From NCBI GenBank assembly GCA_964036045.1, contig OZ038378.1, positions 162,006,001-162,070,000 on the forward strand: a DNA stretch of 64,000 nt, read 5' to 3'. Made by a program: the position numbers and the translations under genes. The notes beneath the pieces are model-generated. The model was given only the letters and a program-made list of their open reading frames with translations, did not search any database and was not told the origin of the DNA. How positions within the stretch are numbered: the stretch's first letter is position 1; every line of letters begins with the position of its first letter. This document shows, piece by piece, positions 62,424 to 64,000 of this stretch. The stretch comes from Eutreptiella sp. 'Long Island Sound 2002' (taxonomy: Eukaryota > Protista > Euglenida).

Positions 62424-64000
62424 CCCCCCGCCAACCCCCCAGGGCTAACCTCGGACAGACTGGGGGGCCACACCGCGTGCCCCCCATGCCAACGCACTGA
62501 GCACCAGCAGCAACTAGCGTACCGATTCTGCCTCTTGTGCCTGCCCGTGCCTGCCCACCCCTCCCCCCGTGCCTGCCCTCCACGCCTCCCTGCCCATCGC
62601 ATGACGACACGCGCGACCCAAACGAGCATTCGACAGACACCAGATGACCCACGCAAGGCGCCGCCCGACGACGCCCGCTAGGCATGCCAACGCCCACAGG
62701 GCCGCCACCCAGCCACGAAATCTCCGCCAGGCGAAACAGACCCGACACCGGCAGCAAGAACTAGGCCCCGACGACTCGGGGGCATGCGCAAGTTTTGGGT
62801 GAAACATGTTGGGCCAAGGCGCAGTACCGTGGCACACTGCGGACCCCATCGTGCCTTGCCAGCCCCCCTAGACCCACACACACACCCACGCCCATGGAGA
62901 ACGGTCTAGACAAAGAGGAGAACAGGGGTCAGGACTTACAAAGGCTCCAGCCGGGCCCTCCACATGGCCTCCACCGTCTGCAGTAGCAAAGGTGACGCCC
63001 CAGCGCCCTACCACCACTTCATAGCCTTGCCAGCACCAGCCAGGCAGGGGACTGGACACCGTGGGGGCCACCTGCTGCACTTGGTGAGAAGCGAGACTGA
63101 CAATCCACTATCACCCGCAAACGGCACTCCCCCTCATGTACCTGCGCCCCACGAATGACCATGACCAACAGTTCCTTGGGGGACCGAAGCCTTTCTGTTT
63201 AAGAAGAAGAAAGGGTGGGTTCAAGCACAAAATGGTGCCAACCCCTGCGTCCTCATTGGCAGCCAACACTATGTGCGGTGGAATGAATTTTTTTTGGTTC
63301 AGACCTGGGTAAGCTGGCAAGGCCCTCTTACCAGATGGTACTCAAGAGAGCTCTCAGAATCAGGAATCAGAGCAGTCCAGTGCTACGATTGTCCCACAGC
63401 TCAGTGCGGTAGCAGACATGACACGTATATACGTATGTACGGCGGAATGAATTGCGTGGATGACCATCTTGGTGGGTGGGTGGGTGGGTGGCTGGGCACT
63501 CTACAACTGCCCTTGACCCCCTCGCTGCTGTTCTCCCAGCACACACCGTCCGGTCAGGTCATGGCATGCACAGCATTGTGGCCCACCCCGGATGCAAGCC
63601 TGCTGCCCAGCAGAGTAGGCGGTGTTGGCCCCCTTTGATCGGTACTGGGTCAGGGTGAGGCCCCGCAACTTTGGCAACGGAGGGGGGGATGCGGTCGGTG
63701 CATGGGGCTTGGCACGTCAAGAAGGGCGCAAACAAAATCAGGCAGCCTGCGCGAGCCTGCAAGCGACGAGGTGCCCACCGATGGGCCCATGGGGGGCCAT
63801 GACGTCAGTTTTTGAAATAACCAGCATAGTCCTGACCCTATGCCAAACTACTCAATCAGTTCAATGAATGGCTGTGTTCAACTACCACAACAGTTTTGCC
63901 TTGCCGCTCTCGCAGCGCAAACCAGATCTGCACCGAATGCTTCCTTGAGGTCACCATGCTCAAACGGCTAACAAATGTTTCATGGGCAGACTGGGTTAGC

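Noticed and set aside
62700-64000. Defined LINE or gene at the right edge
   Set aside because: Composition suggests decayed retroelement sequence, but I could not find diagnostic motifs.

Overview
Repeat-rich eukaryotic nuclear DNA with spliceosomal introns, GC-rich exons and many microsatellites. There is no prokaryotic operon, CRISPR array or rRNA, and the organism cannot be named from the sequence. The main feature is one minus-strand gene that I reconstructed by hand from 16 exons (39119 down to 2291; about 5.2 kb coding, about 1740 codons). All 15 junctions are phase-compatible, with 14 GT-AG introns and one probable GC-AG intron; the 3' end, and possibly the 5' end, is unresolved. The predicted protein is: unknown N-terminal segment, DUF218 (YdcF/SanA/ElyC-like) domain, a complete flavohemoglobin module (globin + FAD + NAD domains), a coiled-coil/Pro-rich linker, a second complete flavohemoglobin module, and a Pro-rich tail. 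Both globins keep the proximal His-Tyr-Glu triad but lack the TyrB10/GlnE7 distal pair typical of NO dioxygenases. Exon 14 contains an in-frame TGA that needs checking. An intronless GT61-family glycosyltransferase gene lies upstream, broken by one homopolymer frameshift. The rest is degraded APE-type LINEs (one scrambled into four pieces in two orientations), Penelope-like RT fragments with an FRDN motif, MITE/foldback elements, tRNA-derived repeats and tandem repeats. All alignments were done by eye against remembered E. coli Hmp and family motifs, so they need computational confirmation.
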